Notes: a model not told the origin generated them from the sequence alone. Numbered from the stretch's first letter, positions 1 to 9,133 are shown. The stretch is DNA of 64,000 nucleotides from an uncultured Chloroflexia bacterium (GCA_963724295.1 CAVRUC010000002.1:256001-320000), one strand, 5' to 3'. Translations and numbers: made by a program.

Positions 1-448
1 GCGAGGCTGAATCGACGTCGGTGCTGCCCCACACGGTGGGGAGCTCGGCCATCGATTGCTGGGCGAGCGCGAGGTACTGACCTTGCTGATCCGGTCCGAC
101 GAACTGCGCGAAATCCTGAAATTGAAGGGCCTGTTCGTAGAGGCCGACCGCGCGCGATTTCCAGTAATCCTGGCGGGAGATCGTTGCCGGTCCAACCGTG
201 GCCAGGGTCTGGTTTGGCTTGATGATGTACTCGTAAAGGAGTCCGCTGGCGAGGACGATCAGCGCGAGGAGGCCCGCCGCGGCCACGCCCCAGCGCACCA
301 TGCGCTGCCGGCGCGCCTGGATTTCTCGCCGCGGCATCCGCCGCTTCGGTGTCGGACGCCGCGTGGGCGCTGGCCGGCTCCCACCTCTGAGTCGCGCCCG
401 TGCCCGGGCGATCCGGCCTCTGATCGAATCATCACCACGTCGCTGCAT
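1..448 (-). CDS. Partial membrane-anchored protein, probable SurA/PrsA-like foldase N-terminus (runs off window start)
   Basis: Manual translation from ATG 448: Arg-rich N-terminus, TM segment (WGVAAAGLLALIVLASGLLYEYII), then TLATVGPATISRQDY; open to position 1. Confidence 0.55.
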   Translation of the reverse strand, partial: MQRRGDDSIRGRIARARARLRGGSRPAPTRRPTPKRRMPRREIQARRQRMVRWGVAAAGLLALIVLASGLLYEYIIKPNQTLATVGPATISRQDYWKSRAVGLYEQALQFQDFAQFVGPDQQGQYLALAQQSMAELPTVWGSTDVDSAS

Positions 449-579
449 GCCTGCCGTGCTCCCGGTCCGGCATGGCGCCGGGTTGTCCGGCCCAGCGACC
501 GGAAGGTGGCGCGTGCCGGGGGCGAGGAATCCCCGTCATCCCGGCACGCTGGTGATCGTGCGGTCCCGGCTCCTGCCGG

Positions 580-999
580 TTAGCGGGTCGCGGTGGTGAA
601 GGGCAGGAGCGCCACGTGTCGCGCTCGCTTGATCGCGACTGTCAGCGAACGCTGGTGCCTAGCGCATGTGCCGAGCTTGCGCCGCGGCTCGATCTTGCCT
701 CGCTCCGAGATATAGCGGCGCAGTCGCGGGGTATCCTTGTAATCAACCTCCCCGATCTTATCGACGCAGAATCCGCAGACTTTGCGACGCCCGCCGAAGC
801 GGCCACCGCCACCCCGGCGCGGTCCGCCCCGGCCACCCGGGCCACCCCGGCCACCCGGACCGCGCCCACCGCCAGGACGGTCGCCCCCGCCGGGACGCTC
901 GCCCTGGGCACCCCCGCCGAACCGCGTCCGCGGCGCTTCCCCATCTGGACGGCCTCCGCCGTCCCCCATTCCCCTCTCTCGGGGTTCGTTGTCACTCAT
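580..999 (-). CDS. rpsR: 30S ribosomal protein S18 (Zn-binding form) with Gly/Arg-rich N-terminal extension
   Basis: RRKVCGFC...IDYKD-like VDYKD...[31 protein letters not shown]; rpsF-ssb-rpsR order. Confidence 0.97.
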   Translation of the reverse strand: MSDNEPRERGMGDGGGRPDGEAPRTRFGGGAQGERPGGGDRPGGGRGPGGRGGPGGRGGPRRGGGGRFGGRRKVCGFCVDKIGEVDYKDTPRLRRYISERGKIEPRRKLGTCARHQRSLTVAIKRARHVALLPFTTATR

Positions 1000-1115
1000 A
1001 TCGTCCTCGTGTTTCCTTTACCGCACGTCGGCGGCAACCATCAGTGTCGTGTCACCTTGCGAACCGCGGCGCCGTTCTTCGCCTGACTCAGGCAAGGCGT
1101 CCGCGATCGTCCAGC

Positions 1116-1619
1116 CTAGAATGGCGGTTCGCCATCGTCCCAGGGAACTTCTTCGATCGACCCGGGCTGCTCGTCCTGGTCCGCTCGGCCCGGCGGCCGT
1201 CCACCTGCAGCAGCCGCACCCGCGCCCGCACCTGCGCCTAAACCACCACTGCCAAAGCCGCCCTCGCCATCGGCGCGGGATCCAAGGAGCTGAAGCTCGT
1301 TGGCGGTCACGTCGAGCGAGGTTCGGGTCTGACCCTGCTGGTCCTGGTACTCTCGGGCTTCGAGGCGACCGTCGACGTACACCTGCTTACCTTTGCCCAG
1401 ATAGCCGTTCTGAGCCATGCGGTCCAGTGATTCAGCCAATCCACCCCACGCCGTGACGCGATACCAATTCGTGCGTTCCTGCTGCTGACCAGATTGATCG
1501 TTGAAACGTCGGCTCACGGCCATCGTGAACGTGACGTTCATCTTGCCGTTCGGCGTGTATCGAGTCTCGGGATCGCGACCGAGATTCCCGACGAGCGTGA
1601 TCTTCGCGATACCGGCCAT
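1116..1619 (-). CDS. ssb: Single-stranded DNA-binding protein
   Basis: LVGNLGRDPETRYTPNG OB fold, acidic C-terminal tail ending PPF. Confidence 0.97.
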   Translation of the reverse strand: MAGIAKITLVGNLGRDPETRYTPNGKMNVTFTMAVSRRFNDQSGQQQERTNWYRVTAWGGLAESLDRMAQNGYLGKGKQVYVDGRLEAREYQDQQGQTRTSLDVTANELQLLGSRADGEGGFGSGGLGAGAGAGAAAAGGRPPGRADQDEQPGSIEEVPWDDGEPPF

Positions 1620-1661
1620 GCTGAACTCCTTCGTTGCGCGGCTACGGTCCGTGCTCGAGGA

Positions 1662-2672
1662 CTACTCGCTCTCCTCATGTGCGGCTTCGTACTTGGTCGG
1701 GTTGAACCCGGCGGCTTCCGCGGCCTCGGTGCTCGCGAAGCAATATTCTGGCACCGTTCGCTTGTACGAGGGCGATCCTGGGCTGTGATAGAGCTTCGAG
1801 GTCGCATTGCCCTTGATCGGGAAGTCCTCAGGGCATTCGCCGGTCCCGTCGCCACGCACCGCACCTTCCGGTAGGTCGGGTCCCGCTTCCGCGGGCGCAG
1901 CCTCAGCCGCTGTTGCCTCAGTGGCTGCCGTGTCGGCAAGCGTCAGTGCAGCCGCGGCATCCGCTTCGAGTTGCTCGCGCTCCGCGATCGCTTCCACCGG
2001 CTCGATGGCCAATTCAGCGCCTGACGCCTCGAGCGCTTCCGCCTCTGCCGTCAGCTCGTCGCCGCGAATCTCGTCCGCTGCCAGCCGCATCGATGTGTCG
2101 ACCGCGGTAGCCGCGGCGTCCAGCACCTCTGCTCGCGCCTCCTCGGCTGCCACCGGTTCGATCGCGCTCGTCGCTTCGCCTGCCTCGGCTTCAGCAGTCG
2201 CTGCCGCGGCCTGGGCGGCGGCATAGGCCTCCGCGGCATCGTCCTCCGCGGCGGCGTCCGCGGCCTGGGCAGCGGCATACGCCGCGGCAGCCGCGTCTTC
2301 GGCCGCGATCTCGGCGGCTTCAACCGCCTTCGGGTCGATGGGCGTCGGTTCCCAGGAGAGCACGATGTAGCGGATGAGCTGGGTGTCGAGCTTCAGCTCC
2401 CGCTCCAGGTCGTCGACTCGGGTCGGGCCAAGCGTGAAGTGCCACACGGTGTAGTACCCGTCACGCACATCGCGGCCACCGGAGCGGATCGGATAAGCCA
2501 GACGGCGCCGTCCCCACGGCGAGTCCTGCAGTGTTTCGATGAGCTCTCCACCGGCCGCGATAATGAACCCGGAGATGCGGTCGAGCTCGCCTGGAAGCGA
2601 TTCCTCCGCCACGTCCGGATGGAGAATGGTCATCAGTTCGTATTTTCGGGGCGCGCGTGCTTGATCGCGCAA
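1662..2672 (-). CDS. rpsF: 30S ribosomal protein S6 with long Ala/Glu-rich linker and extra C-terminal domain
   Basis: YELMTILHP...WGRRRLAYPI...GYY S6 core; TTG start at 2672 follows AAGGAGG; first gene of rpsF-ssb-rpsR. Confidence 0.92.
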   Translation of the reverse strand: MRDQARAPRKYELMTILHPDVAEESLPGELDRISGFIIAAGGELIETLQDSPWGRRRLAYPIRSGGRDVRDGYYTVWHFTLGPTRVDDLERELKLDTQLIRYIVLSWEPTPIDPKAVEAAEIAAEDAAAAAYAAAQAADAAAEDDAAEAYAAAQAAAATAEAEAGEATSAIEPVAAEEARAEVLDAAATAVDTSMRLAADEIRGDELTAEAEALEASGAELAIEPVEAIAEREQLEADAAAALTLADTAATEATAAEAAPAEAGPDLPEGAVRGDGTGECPEDFPIKGNATSKLYHSPGSPSYKRTVPEYCFASTEAAEAAGFNPTKYEAAHEESE

Positions 2673-2677
2673 CGAGG

Positions 2678-2756
2678 CCTCCTTCCTGTGGGCTTGCCCC
2701 GCTGGCATCGCGGTGAGGTTGCGCGCTCACCCGGCTTACGGAGCAGAAAGGCTCAC
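2678..2756 (-). promoter_or_regulatory. Probable S6:S18 autoregulatory ribosomal leader RNA
   Basis: Stem UGCUCCG/CGGGGCA enclosing GGUGAG/CUCACC hairpin, followed by CCC and the SD; position directly 5' of rpsF. Confidence 0.65.
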
Positions 2757-2898
2757 ATCAGATGTATACCGGCTCCTTGCCGGCCAACCATGAATCGTAC
2801 CATAACGGAGGAGGGCCGGCTTCGCCTCAGGGGGAGTCGCTTCGCTCAGGGGAGTGGGAAGGACGAAGCTTTTTCTCGACTGTGCGACTACGCTCTTC

Positions 2899-2961
2899 CT
2901 TGCCGTCTTGCCGTCTTGCCGTCTTGCCGTCTTGCCGTCTTGCCGTCTTGCCGTCTTGCCG
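2899..2961. repeat. Tandem repeat (CTTGCCGT)x~8
   Basis: Seven full 8-mers plus a 7-nt partial copy immediately after the stop of the 2963-4159 gene. Confidence 0.95.
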
Positions 2962-2962
2962 C

Positions 2963-4159
2963 CTACGCCGTGAGCGTCAGACCGAGGATCTCGCTCAGCT
3001 CGCGCAAGGTGCGCTGCGCGTCGCGGATATCATCTTCTTCGGGGGCCTCCAGGATGCCCGTCCCGATCTCCTGCAAGACTTCGATCGCTATGGGCGTGTT
3101 GAGGTCATCATCCAGGGCGTTGAAAAACCGATCCCGCAGGTTGGCGACGTCGAGCTCCTCCTCGATGCCATAGGCTGGGAACTCCGCGGCTTCGATCAGG
3201 TCATCGACGACGCGCGCCCAGCGCTCGAGCTCCACATCCTCGAAGACCCATGGGCTGCGGTAATGGTTCGAAAAGAGGTACAGGCGCACGGCGTCGGCTG
3301 AATAGTCTTTCAGCGCGTCACTGACGAGGACGAGGTTCCCGAGCGATTTGCTCATCTTCTCGCCGTTGTACCCGACCATCGCGACATGCATCCAGATCCG
3401 GGCAAAGGGTTCGACGCCGAAAGCGTTCTCGGATTGGGCGACCTCGGATTCATGGTGGGGAAAGATGAGATCGGCGCCGCCGCCGTGGATGTCGATGCTG
3501 GGACCGAGATAGCGGCTTGCCATGGCCGAGCACTCGACGTGCCACCCCGGCCGTCCCGGACCATACGGCGAGTCCCAGGACGGCTCGTCAGCGAGCGACT
3601 TCTGCCAGAGCACGAAGTCGAGCGGATCGCGTTTGTTTGGGTCGTCGGGCGTGTTACCCCGCTCGTTGGCGATAGGCAGCATCTCATCACGCGGTATGTG
3701 GCTGAGCTTGCCGAACTCTGAATCGCTGCTCACCGAGAAGTAGACGTTGCCACCGCTCTCGTAGGCGTGGCCCTTGTCAATCAGCGCCTGGGTGATCTCG
3801 AGCATCTCGGGAATGTGATCCGTAGCGCGAACGTAATGATCGGGCTCCAGCCAGTTCAGGTCGCGCATGTCCTTGAGATAGCGAGCCGTTTCACGGTCGC
3901 CCAGCTGCTTCCAGGTGAGGCCGACCTCTTTGGCTTTGCGCAGGATATCGTCGTCGATGTCGGTGACGTTCTGAACGTAGGTGACATCCCAACCCTTCTG
4001 GCGCATGACGCGGACCAGGATATCGAACGCGAGAAAGGTGAAGGCGTGCCCGATATGGGTCGTGTCATACGGTGTGATGCCGCAGACATAGAGGCCGACC
4101 GTGTCATCCCTCGGCGTGAAACGCTCGATCCGCCCCGACTGAGTGTTGAAAAGCTGCAT
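2963..4159 (-). CDS. mshC: MshC-like cysteine ligase (CysRS paralog lacking most of the anticodon-binding domain)
   Basis: YVCGITPY, HIGH, LGDRET, GRPGWHVEC, FPHHE, KMSKSLGNLVLVS; 398 aa. Confidence 0.7.
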   Translation of the reverse strand: MQLFNTQSGRIERFTPRDDTVGLYVCGITPYDTTHIGHAFTFLAFDILVRVMRQKGWDVTYVQNVTDIDDDILRKAKEVGLTWKQLGDRETARYLKDMRDLNWLEPDHYVRATDHIPEMLEITQALIDKGHAYESGGNVYFSVSSDSEFGKLSHIPRDEMLPIANERGNTPDDPNKRDPLDFVLWQKSLADEPSWDSPYGPGRPGWHVECSAMASRYLGPSIDIHGGGADLIFPHHESEVAQSENAFGVEPFARIWMHVAMVGYNGEKMSKSLGNLVLVSDALKDYSADAVRLYLFSNHYRSPWVFEDVELERWARVVDDLIEAAEFPAYGIEEELDVANLRDRFFNALDDDLNTPIAIEVLQEIGTGILEAPEEDDIRDAQRTLRELSEILGLTLTA

Positions 4160-4253
4160 TCCCCCCTGCTCCGCTCGGGTCGTCCTCGCTACGGTCGTGT
4201 CCTGTCAGCGACGGGCTGAGTATATCCCCAAGGTGCCGCGGGTCGGAGACGCT

Positions 4254-4347
4254 GAGTCGTGAGTCGGAGGTCGGAGGTCGGAGGTCGGACGAACGCTGAT
4301 AGCCAATGGCCAGTAGCCAATAGCCGAATAGCGAATAGCCCGTAGCC
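4254..4347. repeat. Two adjacent heptamer tandem arrays (AGGTCGG-type, then ATAGCCA-type)
   Basis: gagtcgt gagtcgg aggtcgg aggtcgg aggtcgg; atagcca atggcca gtagcca atagccg aatagcg aatagcc. Confidence 0.85.
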
Positions 4348-4367
4348 CCGTGTGGTAGATTCGCGGC

Positions 4368-5147
4368 ATGCCCCGGACCCAGCTCACCGAGACGGATCGC
4401 GCGTGGACGCCGCCGTCTTCACGGGGGACAGCACCGGTGACCTTGCAGTTCCAGGCGCCTCCGCTCCGCGCCGGCTCTCCCTCGCGAGCGGTCGCCTTCG
4501 CGTTGACAGCTGTCGTTCTGCTGACGGGCTGCTCGGGCATCTCCGCGCCGACGCCACTCATTGCCGAATCAATGCCCACCGCCACCCCCACGCCGCCACC
4601 CGCGCCGGTCTCACTGCTGACCCCGGAGCCGGAGCGTTGTGCCGGCGGCCGCCTGCGAGTTGGTGACCTGGCGGCTGTTGGCGATGAGTGGGTCGCCGGC
4701 GTGCAGTCCGCGATCGAGACCGCACGCGCCTGGCGTTCCGACGCCCTCCTGGTGACGGTTCAGGTTGGATGTGCGCCGCTGGAGGCCGGGTTCCGTTGGC
4801 AGGGGACGTTTTATTCTCAAACGGCGCAGTCTTTCTTCTTCAGCGACACCGGAATGACCGAGCCCGCGGAGGTCGATCCAGCATCGGTGCCCGCATTGCC
4901 GATCGAGGAGGTCAATTTCCGGGAACTCCATCTGGCGCTGGCGCGGGCCGGGTACGTCGAGGATGCCGAGCTCAATCCCGCCACTGGGGCCACGGTTCGC
5001 CTCAACGCGCCGACGGATCCATTTGGACCACCTGGGACGCCGCAAGGTTTGGTCTATCACGTGGCCATCATCGGCCAGGGCACTGTCCAGGACCTGTTCA
5101 TCAGCAGTCCGGGATGGAAAATGAACTCCTACCAGGATCGTGGCTGA
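4368..5147 (+). CDS. Hypothetical lipoprotein (start uncertain)
   Basis: Hydrophobic stretch ending in lipobox-like LLTGC, Pro/Thr linker; 3 nt from otsB start. Confidence 0.65.
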   Translation: MPRTQLTETDRAWTPPSSRGTAPVTLQFQAPPLRAGSPSRAVAFALTAVVLLTGCSGISAPTPLIAESMPTATPTPPPAPVSLLTPEPERCAGGRLRVGDLAAVGDEWVAGVQSAIETARAWRSDALLVTVQVGCAPLEAGFRWQGTFYSQTAQSFFFSDTGMTEPAEVDPASVPALPIEEVNFRELHLALARAGYVEDAELNPATGATVRLNAPTDPFGPPGTPQGLVYHVAIIGQGTVQDLFISSPGWKMNSYQDRG

Positions 5148-5150
5148 GTC

Positions 5151-6029
5151 ATGACATCCTCCAGTGACGCGTTGGCCCCCGAAGTGGAGGCTGTCGTCGC
5201 CGCGTGCATGGAAGTCCTGCGCCAGACGCCGGCCGCCGTGGTCACGGATATCGACGGGACGGTCAGCGCGATCGCCCCCACCCCGGCCGAAGCGATGGTC
5301 GATCCCGGCGCCAAAGCCGCACTGGCTTTGCTCGCCGAACGATTAGCCGCGGTCGCGGTGGTCTCCGGCCGCGCGCCGCAGGATGGCGCGGCCATGGTCG
5401 GCCTGCCCGAGCTGATCTACGTTGGGAACCACGGGCTGGAGCGTATCGCGCGCGGGACGCCCTGGACGCATCCACTGGCCGCGGCGGCCCAGCCGGCCAT
5501 CGCCGCCGCCCTGGCGGAGATCGAGAGCGCGGCACGGGCGGGCGGCGACCTGCCCTGGCTGATCATCGAAAACAAGGGGGTCACCGGCACGGTTCACTAC
5601 CGGCTGGCCCCCGACCAGATGGCGGCGGCCGCGCTGCTGGAGCCGCTGGCGCGCGCAGCGGCAGATCGGCACGGTCTGCGCCTCACGCTCGGCCGCATGA
5701 TCTTCGAGGTGCGTCCGGCTCTGGCGGTCAACAAGGGGACTGCCATCCGTGAGCTGGCCCAGGATCTCGGTCTGCGCGGCATCGTCTTCTTTGGCGACGA
5801 TGTGACCGACGTCGATGCCTTCCGTGCGTTGCGCGAGCTGCGGGAAGCAGGAGAAGCGGCAACGCTGCGGGTCGGCGTGCTCGGCCCCGACACATCACCG
5901 GCCGTACTCGCCGAAATCGACATCAGTGTCTATGGCGTCCCCGCCTGCGCGGCGACCCTCATCGCCCTTGCCGCGCGTCTTGCTGAAGAGGCCGCAGCGG
6001 CGCAGAGCGCGGTCGACGATTCTTTCTGA
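5151..6029 (+). CDS. otsB: Trehalose-6-phosphate phosphatase (HAD IIB)
   Basis: DIDGT, VVSGR, GNHGLE, VHYR, EVRP..NKG, FGDDVTDVDAF. Confidence 0.9.
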   Translation: MTSSSDALAPEVEAVVAACMEVLRQTPAAVVTDIDGTVSAIAPTPAEAMVDPGAKAALALLAERLAAVAVVSGRAPQDGAAMVGLPELIYVGNHGLERIARGTPWTHPLAAAAQPAIAAALAEIESAARAGGDLPWLIIENKGVTGTVHYRLAPDQMAAAALLEPLARAAADRHGLRLTLGRMIFEVRPALAVNKGTAIRELAQDLGLRGIVFFGDDVTDVDAFRALRELREAGEAATLRVGVLGPDTSPAVLAEIDISVYGVPACAATLIALAARLAEEAAAAQSAVDDSF

Positions 6030-6081
6030 CCAGCAGGCCGGCGGCGGACAGGGCCGGACTGACTACTCGCGGAGACCAGTG

Positions 6082-6573
6082 ATGTCGACGTTTCTACTCA
6101 CGGTGACGATGATTTTGGGCATGGTTGGCGGAGTGCTGGGACCGGGCGCGTCGACCTTTGCGCGCCAGGTCGCGCCGCTGCCCTTGCCGACCGCCGAGAT
6201 CTCCGTCGGCGGCGTGCCGCTGACCGTTGAGCTGGCCTACCAACCGGCGGACACGGCCCTCGGACTCGGCTATCGCGAGGGATTGGCCGCGGGCACCGGC
6301 ATGCTCTTCATTTTCGAGGGTCCAGCGCCGCGGTCTTTCTGGATGCGAGGCATGCAGTTCTGCATCGACATCATCTGGATCGAGAACAGGGTGATCCAGG
6401 GAGCGGCAGAGAGCGTCTGCCCGGAGCCGCCCGGCACCGCCGATGCCGATCTGGCCTCGTATGCTTCTCCCGTCCCGGTCACGTATGTGCTCGAGGTCCC
6501 GGCCGGCTGGCTGGACGCCCACGGACTCGGTGCCGGCACGCCGGTCGAGGGGCTCCCCTCGCTCGTCACCTAG
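6082..6573 (+). CDS. DUF192 family exported protein
   Basis: LTVELA..GL..R..GMLFIF..SFWMRGM..IDIIWI..YVLEVPAG; signal peptide. Confidence 0.85.
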   Translation: MSTFLLTVTMILGMVGGVLGPGASTFARQVAPLPLPTAEISVGGVPLTVELAYQPADTALGLGYREGLAAGTGMLFIFEGPAPRSFWMRGMQFCIDIIWIENRVIQGAAESVCPEPPGTADADLASYASPVPVTYVLEVPAGWLDAHGLGAGTPVEGLPSLVT

Positions 6574-7661
6574 TGAGCAATCTTGAGGGGTCCCCGAAGG
6601 TCGAGATCAGCCGGGAGCCGTTCGGCGAGATCGGCGGGAGGCTGATCGACCGGTTCACCTTGGCAAACCGGCATGGCCTGCGCGTCGAAGTCATCGCCTA
6701 CGGCGGGATCATCCGCGCTATCTGGGCGCCGGACCGTGATGGCCAACTCGCGAACGTGGCACTCGGGTTCGCCGATCTCGCCGGGTATCTGGATCACAAC
6801 GATCCGTACTTCGGTTGCATCGCCGGGCGCTATGCCAACCGGATCGCCAAGGGCGTCTTTACGCTCGACGACGAAACTTACCAACTTCCGACGAACGATG
6901 GGTCTAACCACCTCCACGGCGGGGTGCGGGGATTCGACAAGCGTGTCTGGGATGCCGAAGAGATCCGCCAGGACGGCGCGGCTGGCGTGCGGCTCGTCCG
7001 CGTGAGTCCGGATGGTGAGGAGGGCTACCCCGGGACGCTGTCGGCCGCGGTGAGCTACATGCTCGATGATGACAACCGGCTCCGCATCGACTATCACGCC
7101 GAGTCCGACCGCCCGACGATCATCAATCTCACCAATCACACCTATTGGAATCTTGGCGGGGAAGGGACCGGAAATGTCGAAGACCACGTGCTGCAGCTGG
7201 CGGCCAGCCGCTACACCCCGGTCGACACCTCGTTGACGCCAACCGGGGAGCTGGCTGCGGTCACCGATACCCCTTTCGATTTCACCACCCCGACGGCGAT
7301 CGGGACGCGCATCCGCGAGAGCCACCCGCAGTTGCTCATAGGCCGCGGCTACGACCACAACGTCGTGCTCGACCGCGCGCCCGGCGACTCGCCCTTGATA
7401 GCAGCCGCCACCTTGCGTGAACCCGGCAGTGGCCGCATCCTGACCGTCTGGACAACCGAGCCGGGAATCCAGTTCTACAGCGGCGGCTATCTCGACGGCA
7501 CGCTGGTCGGCGCCAGCGGGCGCACGTACCGGCAGGGGGACGGCGTGGCGCTGGAGACGCAGCACTTCCCCGACTCCCCCAACCAACCCGAATTCCCCTC
7601 GACCGTCTTGCGGCCGGGTGAGGTCTACACCTCGACGACCGTCTTCGCCTTCGCCACCTAG
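6573..7661 (+). CDS. galM: Aldose 1-epimerase (galactose mutarotase)
   Basis: GRYANRI, HLHGG, EEGYPG, NLTNHTYWNL, GYDHN, ETQHFPDSPN. Confidence 0.93.
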   Translation: MSNLEGSPKVEISREPFGEIGGRLIDRFTLANRHGLRVEVIAYGGIIRAIWAPDRDGQLANVALGFADLAGYLDHNDPYFGCIAGRYANRIAKGVFTLDDETYQLPTNDGSNHLHGGVRGFDKRVWDAEEIRQDGAAGVRLVRVSPDGEEGYPGTLSAAVSYMLDDDNRLRIDYHAESDRPTIINLTNHTYWNLGGEGTGNVEDHVLQLAASRYTPVDTSLTPTGELAAVTDTPFDFTTPTAIGTRIRESHPQLLIGRGYDHNVVLDRAPGDSPLIAAATLREPGSGRILTVWTTEPGIQFYSGGYLDGTLVGASGRTYRQGDGVALETQHFPDSPNQPEFPSTVLRPGEVYTSTTVFAFAT

Positions 7662-7680
7662 GCGCGGCGATTCGGCTGCT

Positions 7681-8403
7681 TCATTTGGACGGGGACGGGT
7701 CCGTCACGTCTTCAGGCGGAGATGCCAGCCCGAGTCCAATGTCGGAGCCAAGCGCCTCACGCAGCGCGCGTTCGACCCGGCCCTGGGTCGCCGCCATTGT
7801 GACGTCGCCGCGGGTCCGTTCCAGCACCGCGCGCAGGGCGTCGGTGGTCCGGCGCAGGCCACCGGTGATGGCGTCCGGGAAGTCGACGGTGACGAGCGCG
7901 GAGTAGATATCGTCCATCGTCCCGAGCAGGTATTCGGCACGGGAGAGATCGTTCTCTCGCAGGCGGTCCAGCACCTGCCGCCGCAGCTCCGACGCGGCCT
8001 CGGCCATGGCGTTGAGATAGGCGGCATCTTCCGCACCCAGCTCTGCCGGTTCCGGCAACGGCTGGTTGGCGACGATGGACAGGGTGATGGCCGCCTCGGC
8101 CGCCTCTTTCATAGCGTCCTGCACGTACCCCGCCCAGTAGATGCTCGGGTACGGTTGCAGTTCCCCGGTAAGCGTCTTCATCCGGTCGCGCGCCTCGGCC
8201 AGCAGCCGCTCCGCCTCGTCGATCTCACCACGATGGGTAGCGCGGACACTGTTGGCGGCCAGCCTGGTGATCTGGCGGCCTTCACCAAGCGCGCGGTCCC
8301 GCGTGGCGGCCAGTCCCTCGAAACGGCGAACAATTCCTTCAGTAATGCTGCTTGTGATGGCTCCGCCCGCCACACGATCCTCCAGTTCCAAATGAGAGCA
8401 CAT
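7681..8403 (-). CDS. Translin/TRAX-like protein (start uncertain)
   Basis: All-helical; RQITRLAANSVRATHRG, KEAAEA, YLNAMAEAASELRR, GGLRRTTD. Confidence 0.75.
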   Translation of the reverse strand: MCSHLELEDRVAGGAITSSITEGIVRRFEGLAATRDRALGEGRQITRLAANSVRATHRGEIDEAERLLAEARDRMKTLTGELQPYPSIYWAGYVQDAMKEAAEAAITLSIVANQPLPEPAELGAEDAAYLNAMAEAASELRRQVLDRLRENDLSRAEYLLGTMDDIYSALVTVDFPDAITGGLRRTTDALRAVLERTRGDVTMAATQGRVERALREALGSDIGLGLASPPEDVTDPSPSK

Positions 8404-8520
8404 GGCTCCCGGCGTCATCGCCCGAGCACTGACCGGCGACATGGTAGCCCCGCCGGCACGGTCACCATCAATTGCGGAATGCGGCGTACGCTCACCGTCC
8501 CCACATGCCAGATCTCACAA

Positions 8521-8549
8521 TTGACCGTCTCGCACATTTGTTCTACTGT
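8521..8549 (+). promoter_or_regulatory. Sigma70-type promoter with overlapping LexA-like box
   Basis: TTGACC-17nt-TACTGT; CGCAC-ATTT-GTTCT at 8531-8544. Confidence 0.5.
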
Positions 8550-8710
8550 GGGATCTGGCAGCGTCAGCAATCGCTGGAGGTGTTGAGATGGCGATACGAC
8601 GTCAGGTGATCGCCGGGCTGGCCGCTGCGACGTCAACGCCGTAAGGCCACGCCCATTCGGCAGCGTACGGCGTTGGCGGCAGCACGCGACTTGGAAAGGA
8701 GAGCAGTGAC

Positions 8711-9133
8711 ATGGCGAGCGATGCGAGCAGAGGACAGGTCGAGCATCTCAATCCCGAGGGTTTGCCACGGAATCCCGCCTTCACCAACGTGGTGGTCGTC
8801 ACCGGACCGGTGCGTACCATCTATATCGGCGGGCAAGACGCGGTCGACGCTACAGGACAGATCGTCGGCGTTGGCGACATCGCCGCCCAAACGGGCCAAG
8901 TCCTTGAAAATATCCAGACCGCGCTCGCAGCCGCGGGGGCCGGGCCGGAGCACGTCGTCAAATGGAATGTGCTCGTCGTCCAGGGGCAGTCGATGCAAGA
9001 GGGCTTTGCCGCATTTCAGCGGGTCTGGGGGCAACGGGCCAACCCACCCGCAATCACCTTCGCCTTTGTCTCAGAGCTTGCCAATCCGAAGTTCCTTATC
9101 GAGATGGACGCCATCGCCGTCGTTCCCCTGTAG
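8711..9133 (+). CDS. RidA/YjgF family protein
   Basis: IYIGGQ..D..GDIAAQT..LENI..AL...LIEMDAIA; SD AAGGAG. Confidence 0.9.
   Translation: MASDASRGQVEHLNPEGLPRNPAFTNVVVVTGPVRTIYIGGQDAVDATGQIVGVGDIAAQTGQVLENIQTALAAAGAGPEHVVKWNVLVVQGQSMQEGFAAFQRVWGQRANPPAITFAFVSELANPKFLIEMDAIAVVPL

Noticed and set aside
2899..2961. CRISPR array
   Set aside because: Contiguous 8-mers with no spacers; no cas genes or repeat-spacer arrays anywhere in the window
2439..3301. Plus-strand ORFs with LPSCRLAV repeats
   Set aside because: Translation of the 8-mer tandem repeat, overlapping real minus-strand genes
2963..4159. Canonical cysS
   Set aside because: Too short and motif variants match MshC better; not fully excluded without phylogeny
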